Source of the DNA: an uncultured Gemmatimonadaceae bacterium
GTDB lineage: Bacteria; Gemmatimonadota; Gemmatimonadetes; Gemmatimonadales; Gemmatimonadaceae
Assembly (NCBI GenBank): GCA_963781585.1
Contig: CAWAGQ010000003.1
Coordinates: 224,001-288,000 of the forward strand
DNA length: 64,000 bases
Reading direction: 5' to 3'
Shown here: piece by piece, positions 31,173 to 40,911 of the stretch
Layout of the letters: every line of letters starts with the position of its first letter
How positions within the stretch are numbered: the first letter of the stretch is position 1
Position numbers and translations under genes: made by a program
Notes under the pieces: generated by a model
What the model saw: only the letters and a program-made list of their open reading frames with translations
Databases searched by the model: none
Told to the model about the DNA's origin: nothing

Positions 31173-32294
31173 CTACATCCGTTCGGACTGCGGCAACTCG
31201 AGCACGAAAAAGAACCGCGTGCCCTCATCCAGCGCCGTGTCCACCTGCAACTCGCCGCCCATTGCGCGCACCAGTTTCTGGCAGATCGACAGCCCCAGCC
31301 CCGCGCTCGAGAACGCGTAATCCCCGGGAATCTGTCGCTGTCGAAATGCCTCGAACAGATTCGCGATCACGTGCGCGGGGATGCCCCGGCCCGTGTCCTT
31401 CACCGAGAACTCCACGTTGGTGCGGTCGAACTCACGACAGCTGACTTCCACGAGTCCGGTGTTGGTGAACTTGATGGCGTTGGTGGCCAGGTTGAGCAGG
31501 ACGCGGTTGAGCGCGGAAGGGTGGCCGATGCGCACGTCGGCCGACGGCCCCACTGCTTTCATCGTCAGGCGCTTTTCCTCGGCCATGGGTCGCAGAATAT
31601 CGAGAATCGACTGGAGCACATCTGAGACCGAGAACGCGATCGGCTCCTGGTCAAGCAGCGTCGTGCCGCCGCGGGCGAGCTCGATGACGTCGCCGGCCAG
31701 CGCGCTGAGGCCGAACGCGGCGCTGTAGATCAGCCCCAGCTGGCGCTGCTGAATCGGCGAGAGGTCTCCGCCGGCCCCAGCGCGCAACCGCTCCGCGAGG
31801 ATGAGGATGGAACCCAGCGGGGAACGCATGTCATGGGCCATCTCGACCACCAGTTGCTGCGCGTCGTGACCGGTCAGGCGGGCTGCGAAGCGGTGGGCGG
31901 CGTCGAGGTCGAGCAAATCCTGCACGCGCTCGAACGCACGCACAATGATCACGATGTCGGAGGACTGTTCTCGCACATCCGGCGCCTCGGCATGCTCGAG
32001 AAACGCGCGGCGGAGCCGTTCGAGTACGCGCCGCGCCGGCACGAACGGAGGCAGCCCCGCAATCGCCACGGGCGCGCGCAGGACCGTATGCCGTACGGCG
32101 TCTGTCAGTAGGCCTACGGAGGTCCGCACATCGGCCGGAGTGGTCGTGGAGTGCTCGAACAGCGACCAGGAGGCGGCCACATCCGCGGCGGCGGCGGTGA
32201 GCGCGCGCCAACTGGAGGCGTGTACCTCCGCGGGAGCCGGCGTCGCCGTCCCCCGTTCACGCGAACCCGCGGTCTGCGTTACCTCCGCGCTCAC
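31173..32294 (-). CDS. Soluble histidine kinase (HisKA + HATPase)
   Basis: H-box AHDMRSPL, N-box NLATNAIKFT, DTGRGI and GLGLSI; no TM segment. Start placed at GTG 32294 after GGGGAGAGG. Confidence 0.88.
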   Translation of the reverse strand: MSAEVTQTAGSRERGTATPAPAEVHASSWRALTAAAADVAASWSLFEHSTTTPADVRTSVGLLTDAVRHTVLRAPVAIAGLPPFVPARRVLERLRRAFLEHAEAPDVREQSSDIVIIVRAFERVQDLLDLDAAHRFAARLTGHDAQQLVVEMAHDMRSPLGSILILAERLRAGAGGDLSPIQQRQLGLIYSAAFGLSALAGDVIELARGGTTLLDQEPIAFSVSDVLQSILDILRPMAEEKRLTMKAVGPSADVRIGHPSALNRVLLNLATNAIKFTNTGLVEVSCREFDRTNVEFSVKDTGRGIPAHVIANLFEAFRQRQIPGDYAFSSAGLGLSICQKLVRAMGGELQVDTALDEGTRFFFVLELPQSERM

Positions 32295-32352
32295 GACCTC
32301 TCCCCGGCTGGGTGCGGCGGACGGTCGCCCCGCGGACGACGTCCGGAACCCG

Positions 32353-33879
32353 TCACTCGTCTGTGGACCCGGCCATTTCATCGCGCCGGAATCCGTGCTT
32401 CTCCATTAGCCGATACAGCGTCGTTCGATCGATACTGGCCAGTCGCGCGGCCTTTGACATGTTCGAGCCGGCTCGCGCTACGAGCTGGGACAGGTACTCC
32501 CGCTCGAAATGGGTGATTAGCCGGTCCTTGGCGAGGTGAAACGGCTCGGTCATCACCCCCAGCGAGAGCCCGTTGGTCGGCGCCTCGACCGCGGCATCCT
32601 CGTAGATGGGAACATCCTCTGCCTGTACAAGGTGTCCGGGCTCAGTGAGCACGGCAAGTTGCTCGATCACGTTCTGCAGCTCACGCACATTTCCGCGCCA
32701 CGGGCGCGACCGCAGAAAATCGATTGCCGCGTCGGAGAGTTTGGGGGGCGGCTCGTTGCTCCCACGATGCCGCTCCCAGTACTGCGCCAGAAAATGCCCG
32801 GTGAGCAACGGAATGTCCTCCTGCCGCCTGCGCAACGGCGGGAGATTGATCGGGACCACCCGCAGACGATACAGCAGGTCCTCGCGCAGCGTGCCTTTCA
32901 CCACGCAGTCTTGCGGAAGCCTGTTGGTGGCCGAAATGAACCGCACGTCGACGACCGCATCTTCCTTCTCACTGCCTACCCGGCGGACCACCCCGTCCTG
33001 GATGACGCGAAGCAGCTTCGCCTGCAGGGGCAGCGACATCTCCGTCAGCTCGTCCAGAAAGAGCGTGCCGCCGTTGGCGATCTCCAGCAGGCCGGGCTTG
33101 TCGCGATCCGCCCCCGTGAACGCCCCCTTGCGGTGCCCAAACAGCTCCGACTCGAGGAGCCCTTCGGGTAGAGCGGCACAGTTGATGGGGACCATGGGAC
33201 GCGAGGCGCGGCGGCTATGCGCATGAATGAACTGCGCGATGACTTCCTTGCCGGTTCCGCTCTCCCCCATGATCATTACCGATGCGTCTGTGCTCGCCAC
33301 CTTGCGAGCCAGGTCGACGGCCTTGCGGAATGCCGGGGAAATGCCAAGCAGGGTGATCTTGTCGCTGTTTCCGGTCTGCTTGAGCAGCTGGACTTTCAGA
33401 TCGCGCGTTTCGCGCGCAACCATTACGGCGTGGGAAGCTCTCCCCACCAGGACCTGCAGATGTGTGGCCGAGAACGGCTTGGGCAGGTAGTCCCAGGCGC
33501 CAGCCCGCAGCGCTTCGATGCTCGTCGTCACGCTGGGATTCCCGGTCATCACAACGACGATGGTGTCTTTGTTGGCGGTAAGCGCGGCCTTGAGAATCTC
33601 CATTCCCGAGACCGGGGTCATGTACAAGTCTACCAGCACCACGTCGAAACGCCGGCGCCGCACCAGTTCCACCGCTTCATCGCCCCGACCCAGCGTGGTC
33701 ACGCTGTAGCCGTCCATCTGGAGCACGCTCGCGCACCCTTCGCGCAGCGTGCGGTCGTCATCGACGATGAGCAGACTCAGGCTCGCTTTCACCTCGGCCG
33801 AGATCGACAACGGGTCACGGGCGCCAGCCTCGCCACCTTCGTCCTGCGCTCCGTCACGCACTGCCCTGCCACTGGCCAT
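32353..33879 (-). CDS. NtrC-family sigma-54-dependent response regulator (REC-AAA+-Fis HTH)
   Basis: IVDDD...VDLYM...PKPF, GESGTGKE, intact GAFTGA, WRGNVREL and HTH AARLASIDRTTLYR. Start uncertain. Confidence 0.93.
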   Translation of the reverse strand: MASGRAVRDGAQDEGGEAGARDPLSISAEVKASLSLLIVDDDRTLREGCASVLQMDGYSVTTLGRGDEAVELVRRRRFDVVLVDLYMTPVSGMEILKAALTANKDTIVVVMTGNPSVTTSIEALRAGAWDYLPKPFSATHLQVLVGRASHAVMVARETRDLKVQLLKQTGNSDKITLLGISPAFRKAVDLARKVASTDASVMIMGESGTGKEVIAQFIHAHSRRASRPMVPINCAALPEGLLESELFGHRKGAFTGADRDKPGLLEIANGGTLFLDELTEMSLPLQAKLLRVIQDGVVRRVGSEKEDAVVDVRFISATNRLPQDCVVKGTLREDLLYRLRVVPINLPPLRRRQEDIPLLTGHFLAQYWERHRGSNEPPPKLSDAAIDFLRSRPWRGNVRELQNVIEQLAVLTEPGHLVQAEDVPIYEDAAVEAPTNGLSLGVMTEPFHLAKDRLITHFEREYLSQLVARAGSNMSKAARLASIDRTTLYRLMEKHGFRRDEMAGSTDE

Positions 33880-33969
33880 CGAGCACACTCCGTGAGCGAT
33901 GCGCGCTGCCGCGCCATCTTGTCTCCCGCCCGGGACGGCGTGCCACACGCAAGGCATGGCGGATGGCCG

Positions 33970-34093
33970 AACGGCGCGGCATCTACATGTGTCTGCAAGA
34001 CGATCAAGGGCTGCGGTCGTAAAGCTACAACGCGGCGATGCAGCTACATTGGATGTCAGTCCCAGCCAACATATCTGTGGCGTGACTACCACA
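33970..34093. promoter_or_regulatory. Array of four candidate enhancer (UAS) sites, NNYGG-N8-CYACA
   Basis: 33970 AACGG-N8-CTACA, 34012 TGCGG-N8-CTACA, 34031 CGCGG-N8-CTACA and 34076 TGTGG-N8-CCACA. Confidence 0.55.
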
Positions 34094-34121
34094 TATTCGC
34101 CGAAGCGATGATTGTGCATGT

Positions 34122-34138
34122 CAGGCATGGAAGTGGCA
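34122..34138 (+). promoter_or_regulatory. Candidate sigma-54 -24/-12 promoter for wzc
   Basis: CAGGCATGGAAGTGGCA has exact GG-N10-GC spacing. Confidence 0.5.
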
Positions 34139-34262
34139 ACCACGTTCAGGCGGATACCAGCGGAACTTCGCAGACGCCGTGAGTTGTACGACATCCCGCC
34201 GCGCCCTTTACCAGCTATAATCGTCATGGTAGCGGCGCCTACCTGAGAGCTCTCAGCAACAC

Positions 34263-36704
34263 ATGTCCTCCAGTATTGTCCCCTCCGGTCTGCAGGCCGG
34301 CGTGCCCCAGCCATCCATGGCCGGAGGATTGACCGCGCCGTCCGGTGGTCAGCCGGACGACGCTGCCACCAATCTGGCGGAGCAGATCGGGCGCTCCTTC
34401 TCTGCGCTGAGGCGCTACAAGTGGCTGATGCTGGCCATCGTCGCCATTGGCACCAGCGTCGGTTACGCTCTTACCCGGATCGCAAAGCCAACGTACACGG
34501 TGGCGGCCACCATCTGGGTGAACCGATCCAACGGTGCGGCCGGTCCGATCTCCTCGCCCGGTCTCATCACGGACGCGCTCTCGTGGCCCGACCTTGCAAC
34601 GAGCTTCATCGTGCTCGACAACGTGGTCGCCAAACTCGCGCTCCACGTCGAACCCCACAACGTCGCCGACTCGGCGATCGTAAGGCACCTGCTCCCGTCA
34701 CCGTCGTTGCAGCCGGGGACGTACGACCTGACGCTGGGTGGAGACGGTAACGGGTACACTCTCATTCGTCGCGCCGTCGCGCGCGGCGAGACCGACACCG
34801 TCATCGAGCGCGGCGTGGTAGGTGATTCCATCGGCCGCAAGGTGGGATTCCTCTGGCAGCCGTCACGCGAACTGCTCGCCGGCCGTACCTCGGTCGCGTT
34901 CGACGTGATCACTCCGCGTGAAGCTTCGGCGAACCTCGCGCTGTCACTGCGGGTGACCCTGCCGCCTGGCAGCAACCTGATGCGGCTCCGCCTTTCCGGA
35001 AGCCAGTCGCCGGCCCTGCTGGCCAGCATCATGAATACTGAGGTGAACGAGTTCGTCAGCCAGGCGGGGAAGCTCAAGACCGAGAATCTCACGGTCATGG
35101 CCACGACGGTCGATGAGCAGCTCAAGCGTGCGTACGATTCCCTGCGCGCCGCTGAAGTGGCACTGGAGAGCTTCAAGGTCAATACGATCACGCTGCCCAG
35201 CGAGAACACGGTCGTGACGCCCGGCGTAGCGATGGCGACCAATCCGGTGATGACGCAGTTCTTCACAGACAACGTGCAGTACCATCAGCTGACCCGCGAC
35301 CGACAGGCGATGGAGAAGATCGTCGCCGACGCGGATGCCCACGGCGGGCGGCTGTCGATGGACGCCCTGTTGTCCCTTCCGTTGCTGATCCAGAAAGGCT
35401 CGCCGCTGCAGACCGAGGTGTCGAACCTGGAGACTCAGCAGGCACAGTTGCGGAATCTGCAGCGCACGTTCACAGACTCCATGCCGGATGTCCAGCGGAT
35501 GAAGAGCCGCATCAACGCAATGGAGACGCAGACGATCCCGGTGCTCGCCAGGCAGGCGTTGCAACAACTCGCCGACCAGGAAGGCGAAATGAAGCGCCGG
35601 ATCGACGGGCAGGCGTCGGAGTTGCGGGCGATTCCAACGCGCACGGTGGAGGAGGCGCGCCGCCAACGCGAGGTGGACGTGCGCGCCAACATCTATACGG
35701 ACCTGCAGCGGCGCTCGGTGGCGGCGGCGCTCGCAAAGTTGGGAGCGCTTCCCGATATCTCCGTTCTGGACCCGGCCGTCGCGCCCAGCCGGCCGAGCGC
35801 CGACACCAAGGCCAGGCTCTTTCTCGTCGCGATCGCGGCCAGCCTCGGCGTAGCCGTGGCGCTGGCGCTCCTTCTCGACCGTCTCGACAAGCGCTTCCGC
35901 TATCCGCATCAGGCAACGAGCGAGCTGGGCCTCGACATCGTCGGCGCCATTCCAACGCTCACGAACCCGCGAAACTCCGCGGCCCGGTTGCAGGAGGCGA
36001 CGCAGCTGGTCGAGTCGTTCCGGTCGTTGTCCCTCAGCCTGCGGAGTGCGTTTGACGGTACCGGCTCCATGCAGCTCACGGTCTCCAGTCCGGGGCCGGG
36101 AGACGGCAAGTCGTTCATTTCCGCAAACCTGTCGTCGGCGCTGGCCGATGGCGGATTCCGCACGCTGCTGATCGACGGGGACATCCGGCGGGGTGCCCTC
36201 CACAGCGTCTTCGCTCCGATGGTGCAGGTGCCGGGTCTCCTGGATTTTCTGGCTGGTGAGGCGACGCTCAGCGAGGTCATTCGGTCCACATCGCACAGCA
36301 ATCTCTTCGTCGTGCCGTGTGGCAAACGACGCCGGCATGGCCCAGAGCTGCTCGCGGGTCAGGGCATGACCGGGCTGATTCGTGACCTCGGCAACCAGTT
36401 TGACGCCATCATCGTCGATTCGGCGCCGCTGGGGGCCGGCATCGATCCGTTTGCGTTAGGCGTGGCCACCGGCGCGATGCTCATCGTGCTCCGCACCGGC
36501 GAGACCGATCGACGGCTTGCTCATTCCCGCCTGGAGGTGCTGGACCGCCTCCCGGTGCGCGTCCTGGGTACCGTACTGAACGACATCGGCGAGAACCCGC
36601 AATTCAAGTACTACTACTACCTCGAAGGGTACGGGTCGCTGGAGAGCGGTGCGGACCCCACCGAGCAGATCGGCGCCGGCAACGGCTCCTCGGGGCACCA
36701 GTAG
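34263..36704 (+). CDS. wzc: Polysaccharide co-polymerase/tyrosine autokinase Wzc
   Basis: Two TM helices flank a coiled-coil region; SPGPGDGKS, LIDGDIRR, IIVDSAP and C-terminal Tyr cluster KYYYYLEGYG. Confidence 0.92.
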   Translation: MSSSIVPSGLQAGVPQPSMAGGLTAPSGGQPDDAATNLAEQIGRSFSALRRYKWLMLAIVAIGTSVGYALTRIAKPTYTVAATIWVNRSNGAAGPISSPGLITDALSWPDLATSFIVLDNVVAKLALHVEPHNVADSAIVRHLLPSPSLQPGTYDLTLGGDGNGYTLIRRAVARGETDTVIERGVVGDSIGRKVGFLWQPSRELLAGRTSVAFDVITPREASANLALSLRVTLPPGSNLMRLRLSGSQSPALLASIMNTEVNEFVSQAGKLKTENLTVMATTVDEQLKRAYDSLRAAEVALESFKVNTITLPSENTVVTPGVAMATNPVMTQFFTDNVQYHQLTRDRQAMEKIVADADAHGGRLSMDALLSLPLLIQKGSPLQTEVSNLETQQAQLRNLQRTFTDSMPDVQRMKSRINAMETQTIPVLARQALQQLADQEGEMKRRIDGQASELRAIPTRTVEEARRQREVDVRANIYTDLQRRSVAAALAKLGALPDISVLDPAVAPSRPSADTKARLFLVAIAASLGVAVALALLLDRLDKRFRYPHQATSELGLDIVGAIPTLTNPRNSAARLQEATQLVESFRSLSLSLRSAFDGTGSMQLTVSSPGPGDGKSFISANLSSALADGGFRTLLIDGDIRRGALHSVFAPMVQVPGLLDFLAGEATLSEVIRSTSHSNLFVVPCGKRRRHGPELLAGQGMTGLIRDLGNQFDAIIVDSAPLGAGIDPFALGVATGAMLIVLRTGETDRRLAHSRLEVLDRLPVRVLGTVLNDIGENPQFKYYYYLEGYGSLESGADPTEQIGAGNGSSGHQ

Positions 36705-36792
36705 CGCGCCAGCAGCCGTTCCGCGATGGTCGATGAAGCCTCCGGTGTCCTTCGGACGTCGGCGCACCCTGCGACCAGACCGTCCGCCGAAC

Positions 36793-37746
36793 CTACTGAA
36801 CAAAGCGGACTGGAACGTCTTCGAACGCGCTCACTCCGCGGACGTTCTCCGAGGCGCGGACGTGTCGCAGCGCAGCCTCCGCGCGAAGGAGCATCTCCAC
36901 CGCATCCACCGGCGAGGTCGCAAAGTCGGCAACGGCACAATACCCGGCGTGCACCTGAACGTGGTGCGACGCGGAGCCGTCGGTGAAACTGGCCGATTCG
37001 ATCGACTCGCGCAGCCGTTCAACGAGTCGAAGTGCTCCCCGGTCGTCGGTTGAGGGCGCGACAACCGCGAACTGCACGCCGTTGAGCCGACCGACCGCGT
37101 CGGACGACCGCGCCGTCCTTCGACACACGGTACTCAATTGCTCAGCCAACCCCCTGCCGAGGAAGTCCCCGTCAGTCCCGGCGGGCACGCTCAGCGTCGC
37201 CGGCGCAATGGCCACGCAGGCCAGGGGATAGTGGCGTCGTGCCGCCTCCGCCCCGATCTCCTTCGCGCGACGCGCCAGGCCCCGCACGTTGTACAGTCCA
37301 GTGGAAGCGTCCAGTAATCCGACCTCGCGCGACCGGTCGATCTCACGCTTTGCTCTCACGAACACCAGCAGCTTGAGGATGAGCGCATCCGCGTCGACGG
37401 GAAGACTGAGGTACTCCCACGCACCTGCCCGGTGGGCCTCGAGGCGACGTGCGCGCGCCGCCGGACCGGCAGTGGTAACGACAATCGGCGTGCTCGGCGA
37501 AAACTCGAGGTCCTGGCGCAGTTGGCGACACACGTCGATTCCGCCGATGTCGGGCAGACCATCATCGACGATAATGACATCCGGTTGGGTGCGCCGCACG
37601 AGCTCGAGGGCTTCACGCCCAGTGTACGCGCGAACTGACGCGAATCCGTGCGGTCCCAGCACGCTTTCGAGCGAGCGCGCGGACCACTCCTGATCATTCG
37701 CCAGGAGCACCAGTGGGGGCGCGGCTTCGCTTCGCGTGTCAGACAT
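36793..37746 (-). CDS. Atypical receiver + degenerate GGDEF protein
   Basis: Receiver with LANDQ and EYLSLP (no Lys); DASTGLYN; RSSD-AVGRL-NGVQF. Confidence 0.82.
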   Translation of the reverse strand: MSDTRSEAAPPLVLLANDQEWSARSLESVLGPHGFASVRAYTGREALELVRRTQPDVIIVDDGLPDIGGIDVCRQLRQDLEFSPSTPIVVTTAGPAARARRLEAHRAGAWEYLSLPVDADALILKLLVFVRAKREIDRSREVGLLDASTGLYNVRGLARRAKEIGAEAARRHYPLACVAIAPATLSVPAGTDGDFLGRGLAEQLSTVCRRTARSSDAVGRLNGVQFAVVAPSTDDRGALRLVERLRESIESASFTDGSASHHVQVHAGYCAVADFATSPVDAVEMLLRAEAALRHVRASENVRGVSAFEDVPVRFVQ

Positions 37747-38237
37747 CTCGATCACTGCCTGGGAGCTGGAGTGGGCTGCGGGATACCCGTGGTCGCAGAA
37801 AATGGTGTTTGTGGACAGACCATGGCGTCCCCCATTGCATGAGTCATGCTCTTGGAACACTCTCATCTTTCGGTGTCACGCCCGGACTCGGAATTCGCCC
37901 GTTCTGTCGTCTCCCAACGAAGAGTGCGGCATCAACGCCACAAGGGAGCCCACGGACGAAATGGGTTCGAACCAACCCCGCGACCCTTTCCTTTGGTACC
38001 GACCTGGACTGTAAGGCGTCATGACGTGAGGCACGCAGCCAGTGACCGCGATTGCCCGGGGCCGGGCCGGGGCCAATCATGCTCGCTGAATAGATGGGAC
38101 GTGTGGCATGGTTCCATCGTCCCTTGCAGAGAGTGCCACACGCCAGCCACAGCCGGGTTGGCGGAATGGCTTTCACTTGCTCGACACTTCCAGAAGCCGA
38201 TATCGCCACCCGCATCTGGCAGAATGATGACCACCAT

Positions 38238-38253
38238 GGGTGTGGGACTTGCA
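38238..38253 (+). promoter_or_regulatory. Candidate sigma-54 promoter for the wza-like gene
   Basis: GGGTGTGGGACTTGCA has GG-N10-GC and a perfect TTGCA; the -24 half is weak. Confidence 0.35.
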
Positions 38254-38311
38254 CGGCAACCGCAGGCGACGATCAGCGAGTGCGCCTTCCACGTCACAGA
38301 CCACCGATGCG

Positions 38312-39229
38312 ATGAAGCCTAGCCATTCCGTTCACTTCCGGGGCGTGCTTTCCGGCGTTACGCAGAGGGATTCGCGCAGCCACGCTGCATCGAATCCTGC
38401 GCCAGCGAACTCTGGCGGATGGGTGGGTGGGCGCCGAGGCTTCGTGCGTTGGGTTAGTCTGCTGGGCGCGCTGCTGGTGGCGGCCGCGCTCGTGACCGGC
38501 ACGCGGGTGTCGGCGCAGTCGTCGCTCGGAGAGTATCGTCGGCAGACCACGCGCGCCGACCTCGAGAAATCGGCGGAGGCGGAGGAGAACGCCGCAGCCG
38601 TTGCATCCGACCCGCGTCTTCGCGACCGGCTGCTGGCCGACGCCAACGACAAACGGCAGCGTCTGAAGAACGGCGATTTTCTGCCTGGCGACAGAATCTG
38701 GATTCAGATATACGCCGACTCCGTCGTTTCGGACACGTTCACCGTTCGCAACGACCGCATGCTTCGCCTTCCGCCGTTTCCCGACATCCCGTTGCAAGGA
38801 GTGCTCGACTCGGAGCTCAAGAGCCACTTGGTGCAGTCCCTCAAGGTCTACCTGAAAGGTGACGTGCAGGTGGACGCCACCGCGCTGGTGCAGCTGACCG
38901 TCCTGGGATCTGTTGGCCGTCCCGGTTTCCTGACGGTCCCTGTGGATACGCGGCTCACCGACGTCATCATGGGCGCCGGCGGGCCGGGGACGCAGGCCGA
39001 CCTCGATCGCACGATAGTGAAACGTGGCTCCCAGACCGTCGTGGACCAGAAGGGATTCCAGGATGCGATCCGTCTCGGGAAGACGGTAGGAGACGTCTCC
39101 ATTCGCGACGGAGATCAGATTGTGGTGCCAGACCAGGCGTCGCGGTTTTCCGTCAAGCAGGTGGTGGGTTTCATCGGCGGCCTCGGCGGGCTCTTCTGGG
39201 TCTTCCGCTACGGCATCCGGCGGCGCTGA
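38312..39229 (+). CDS. Wza-like polysaccharide export protein (SLBB domain)
   Basis: DFLPGDRI, VLGSVGRPG, IRDGDQIVVP and a C-terminal hydrophobic helix. Start uncertain. Confidence 0.8.
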   Translation: MKPSHSVHFRGVLSGVTQRDSRSHAASNPAPANSGGWVGGRRGFVRWVSLLGALLVAAALVTGTRVSAQSSLGEYRRQTTRADLEKSAEAEENAAAVASDPRLRDRLLADANDKRQRLKNGDFLPGDRIWIQIYADSVVSDTFTVRNDRMLRLPPFPDIPLQGVLDSELKSHLVQSLKVYLKGDVQVDATALVQLTVLGSVGRPGFLTVPVDTRLTDVIMGAGGPGTQADLDRTIVKRGSQTVVDQKGFQDAIRLGKTVGDVSIRDGDQIVVPDQASRFSVKQVVGFIGGLGGLFWVFRYGIRRR

Positions 39230-39234
39230 CATAA

Positions 39235-40077
39235 ATGGAAGAGCCGACGCGAGACACCCGGGAATCGTCGATACCGATCGTCGATTCGAGAAACGCGCGC
39301 ATTTCCACGCCGCAGCGTCGCTTCGGCCGCATCGACAGTCCCGATTCGCCGATCTCCCGCGACACGGCGCGCGCTCGTGAAGTGGTGCGTGCGGCCGATC
39401 GCAAGCTCTCGATCCGCGAAGTCGTTCCGCGCGACCAGTCTGAGTTGCTGAGCCGGGCGCTGAACTGCGCGGCCGCGTCCATCGGACTCCTGATCGCGCT
39501 GCCGTTTTGCGTCTTGATCGCCATCCTCATCAAGGCGACCTCCCGCGGCCCGATTCTCTACGCACAGACACGGGTCGGGCGCGACCGCCGTTGGCGCGCC
39601 ACGCTGGCCCTTCACGAGCGCCGCGCGGAGGACCTCGGCGGACAGGTCTTCACTATCTACAAGTTCCGCACGATGCGTGTGGACGCGGAGCGGTATTCGG
39701 GCGCCGTGTGGGCACGGGAAAACGATCCACGAGTTTCCAGCCTCGGCCGGTACCTGCGAATCCTCCGGCTCGACGAGCTGCCGCAGTTGTGGAACGTCAT
39801 TCGTGGCGACATGAACATGGTCGGTCCGCGCCCGGAGCGACCCAGCATCGTGGCCAGGCTTCGCGAAATAATCCCCGAGTATCGATTCCGGCACCGCGTG
39901 AAGCCCGGACTTACCGGCCTGGCGCAGATCAACCAGAACTACGACGCCAACCTCGAGGACGTTCGAACGAAGGTGCGGTGGGACCTGAAGTACATCAGCG
40001 AGCGCACGGCGTGGCTGGACCTCAAGATCATGTTCAGGACGGTGCCCGCGATCATTCTCAAGTATCGGGGCTGGTAA
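39235..40077 (+). CDS. Priming sugar-phosphate transferase (WcaJ/WbaP C-terminal type)
   Basis: YKFRTM, RLDELPQLWNV, GDMNMVGPRPE and KPGLTGLAQ. Confidence 0.92.
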   Translation: MEEPTRDTRESSIPIVDSRNARISTPQRRFGRIDSPDSPISRDTARAREVVRAADRKLSIREVVPRDQSELLSRALNCAAASIGLLIALPFCVLIAILIKATSRGPILYAQTRVGRDRRWRATLALHERRAEDLGGQVFTIYKFRTMRVDAERYSGAVWARENDPRVSSLGRYLRILRLDELPQLWNVIRGDMNMVGPRPERPSIVARLREIIPEYRFRHRVKPGLTGLAQINQNYDANLEDVRTKVRWDLKYISERTAWLDLKIMFRTVPAIILKYRGW

Positions 40078-40158
40078 CCTTCCGCCCCGGCGGCTTCTTC
40101 AGCCTCTTCACCCTTTCGGATTTCTCCGTGGAGCCGGGTGCGCGCTGGCAGGGCGTTC

Positions 40159-40452
40159 CTATCGAAAGGCCATCCGGTTGTACACGCCGCCGATCACCCG
40201 TCCCAGCGCGTAGCCCACCACGAACGCGTAGACGAATCCCACGAAGGCGCCGAACCAGGTGACGCGGTACCCCGGGAAGAACGCGGACAACAGGACAAGA
40301 TGTCGTCCCACCGTCGGGCCACCCTTGATCACCAGAAAGACCGTGGCGAGGAAGAGCGCGCCTCCCAGCAGCAGGCCAAACGCAATGCCCCAGGCGCGCG
40401 CATTGAGTCGCAGCACCGCCATCTGGGCAGAAGCTTCAGGCGTCTTGGGCAT
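40159..40452 (-). CDS. Small membrane protein (paralog of 40471..40911)
   Basis: AWGIAFG...GALF...LL..FFPGY..TWFG..VG..FVVGY..G pattern. Confidence 0.75.
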   Translation of the reverse strand: MPKTPEASAQMAVLRLNARAWGIAFGLLLGGALFLATVFLVIKGGPTVGRHLVLLSAFFPGYRVTWFGAFVGFVYAFVVGYALGRVIGGVYNRMAFR

Positions 40453-40470
40453 GGAACTCGTCCGCTCCCG

Positions 40471-40911
40471 TCAGATGTGGTCGAGGAATTCCTTCGTTTC
40501 GGCAAGCTCGGCGCGCGTGCGCAGGAAGAACGCGGTAACGGCCAGCGCCAGGTTCCGGCAGAATGCGCCGAACCAGCCGCCCACGAAACCCACAACGAAT
40601 CCCCATCCCGTGCCCACCACGACGCCGGTCCACGAGCGGTCGTATCCGGCGAAGTACTCGCGCAGGAGGAAAACCGGGAACGATCTGGCGGACGGTATCG
40701 TGAGCACGCCGACGGTAAGGAGCGCCATGAAGAGCGCGCCGGCCACCCCGGTGGCCAATCCGAACGCACGCTTGTGCAACGGAGCGAACGCGTACAGGAG
40801 CGTCGGCATGAGCGCCTCGGCCGGCTCCTGGGTGGGCGTGCTCCGGACACCAGAGGGCCGCTGCACGCCCGCGGCCGAATAGCTCACTCCATTCCCTCGA
40901 CGCACTGTCAT
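40471..40911 (-). CDS. Small membrane protein
   Basis: AFGLATG...GALF...LL..YFAGY..SWTG..VG..FVVGF..G; ATGA overlap with the upstream GT2. Confidence 0.75.
   Translation of the reverse strand: MTVRRGNGVSYSAAGVQRPSGVRSTPTQEPAEALMPTLLYAFAPLHKRAFGLATGVAGALFMALLTVGVLTIPSARSFPVFLLREYFAGYDRSWTGVVVGTGWGFVVGFVGGWFGAFCRNLALAVTAFFLRTRAELAETKEFLDHI

Noticed and set aside
34216..34221. TATAAT upstream of wzc
   Set aside because: No -35 or extended -10 at the right spacing; it cannot be supported on its own.
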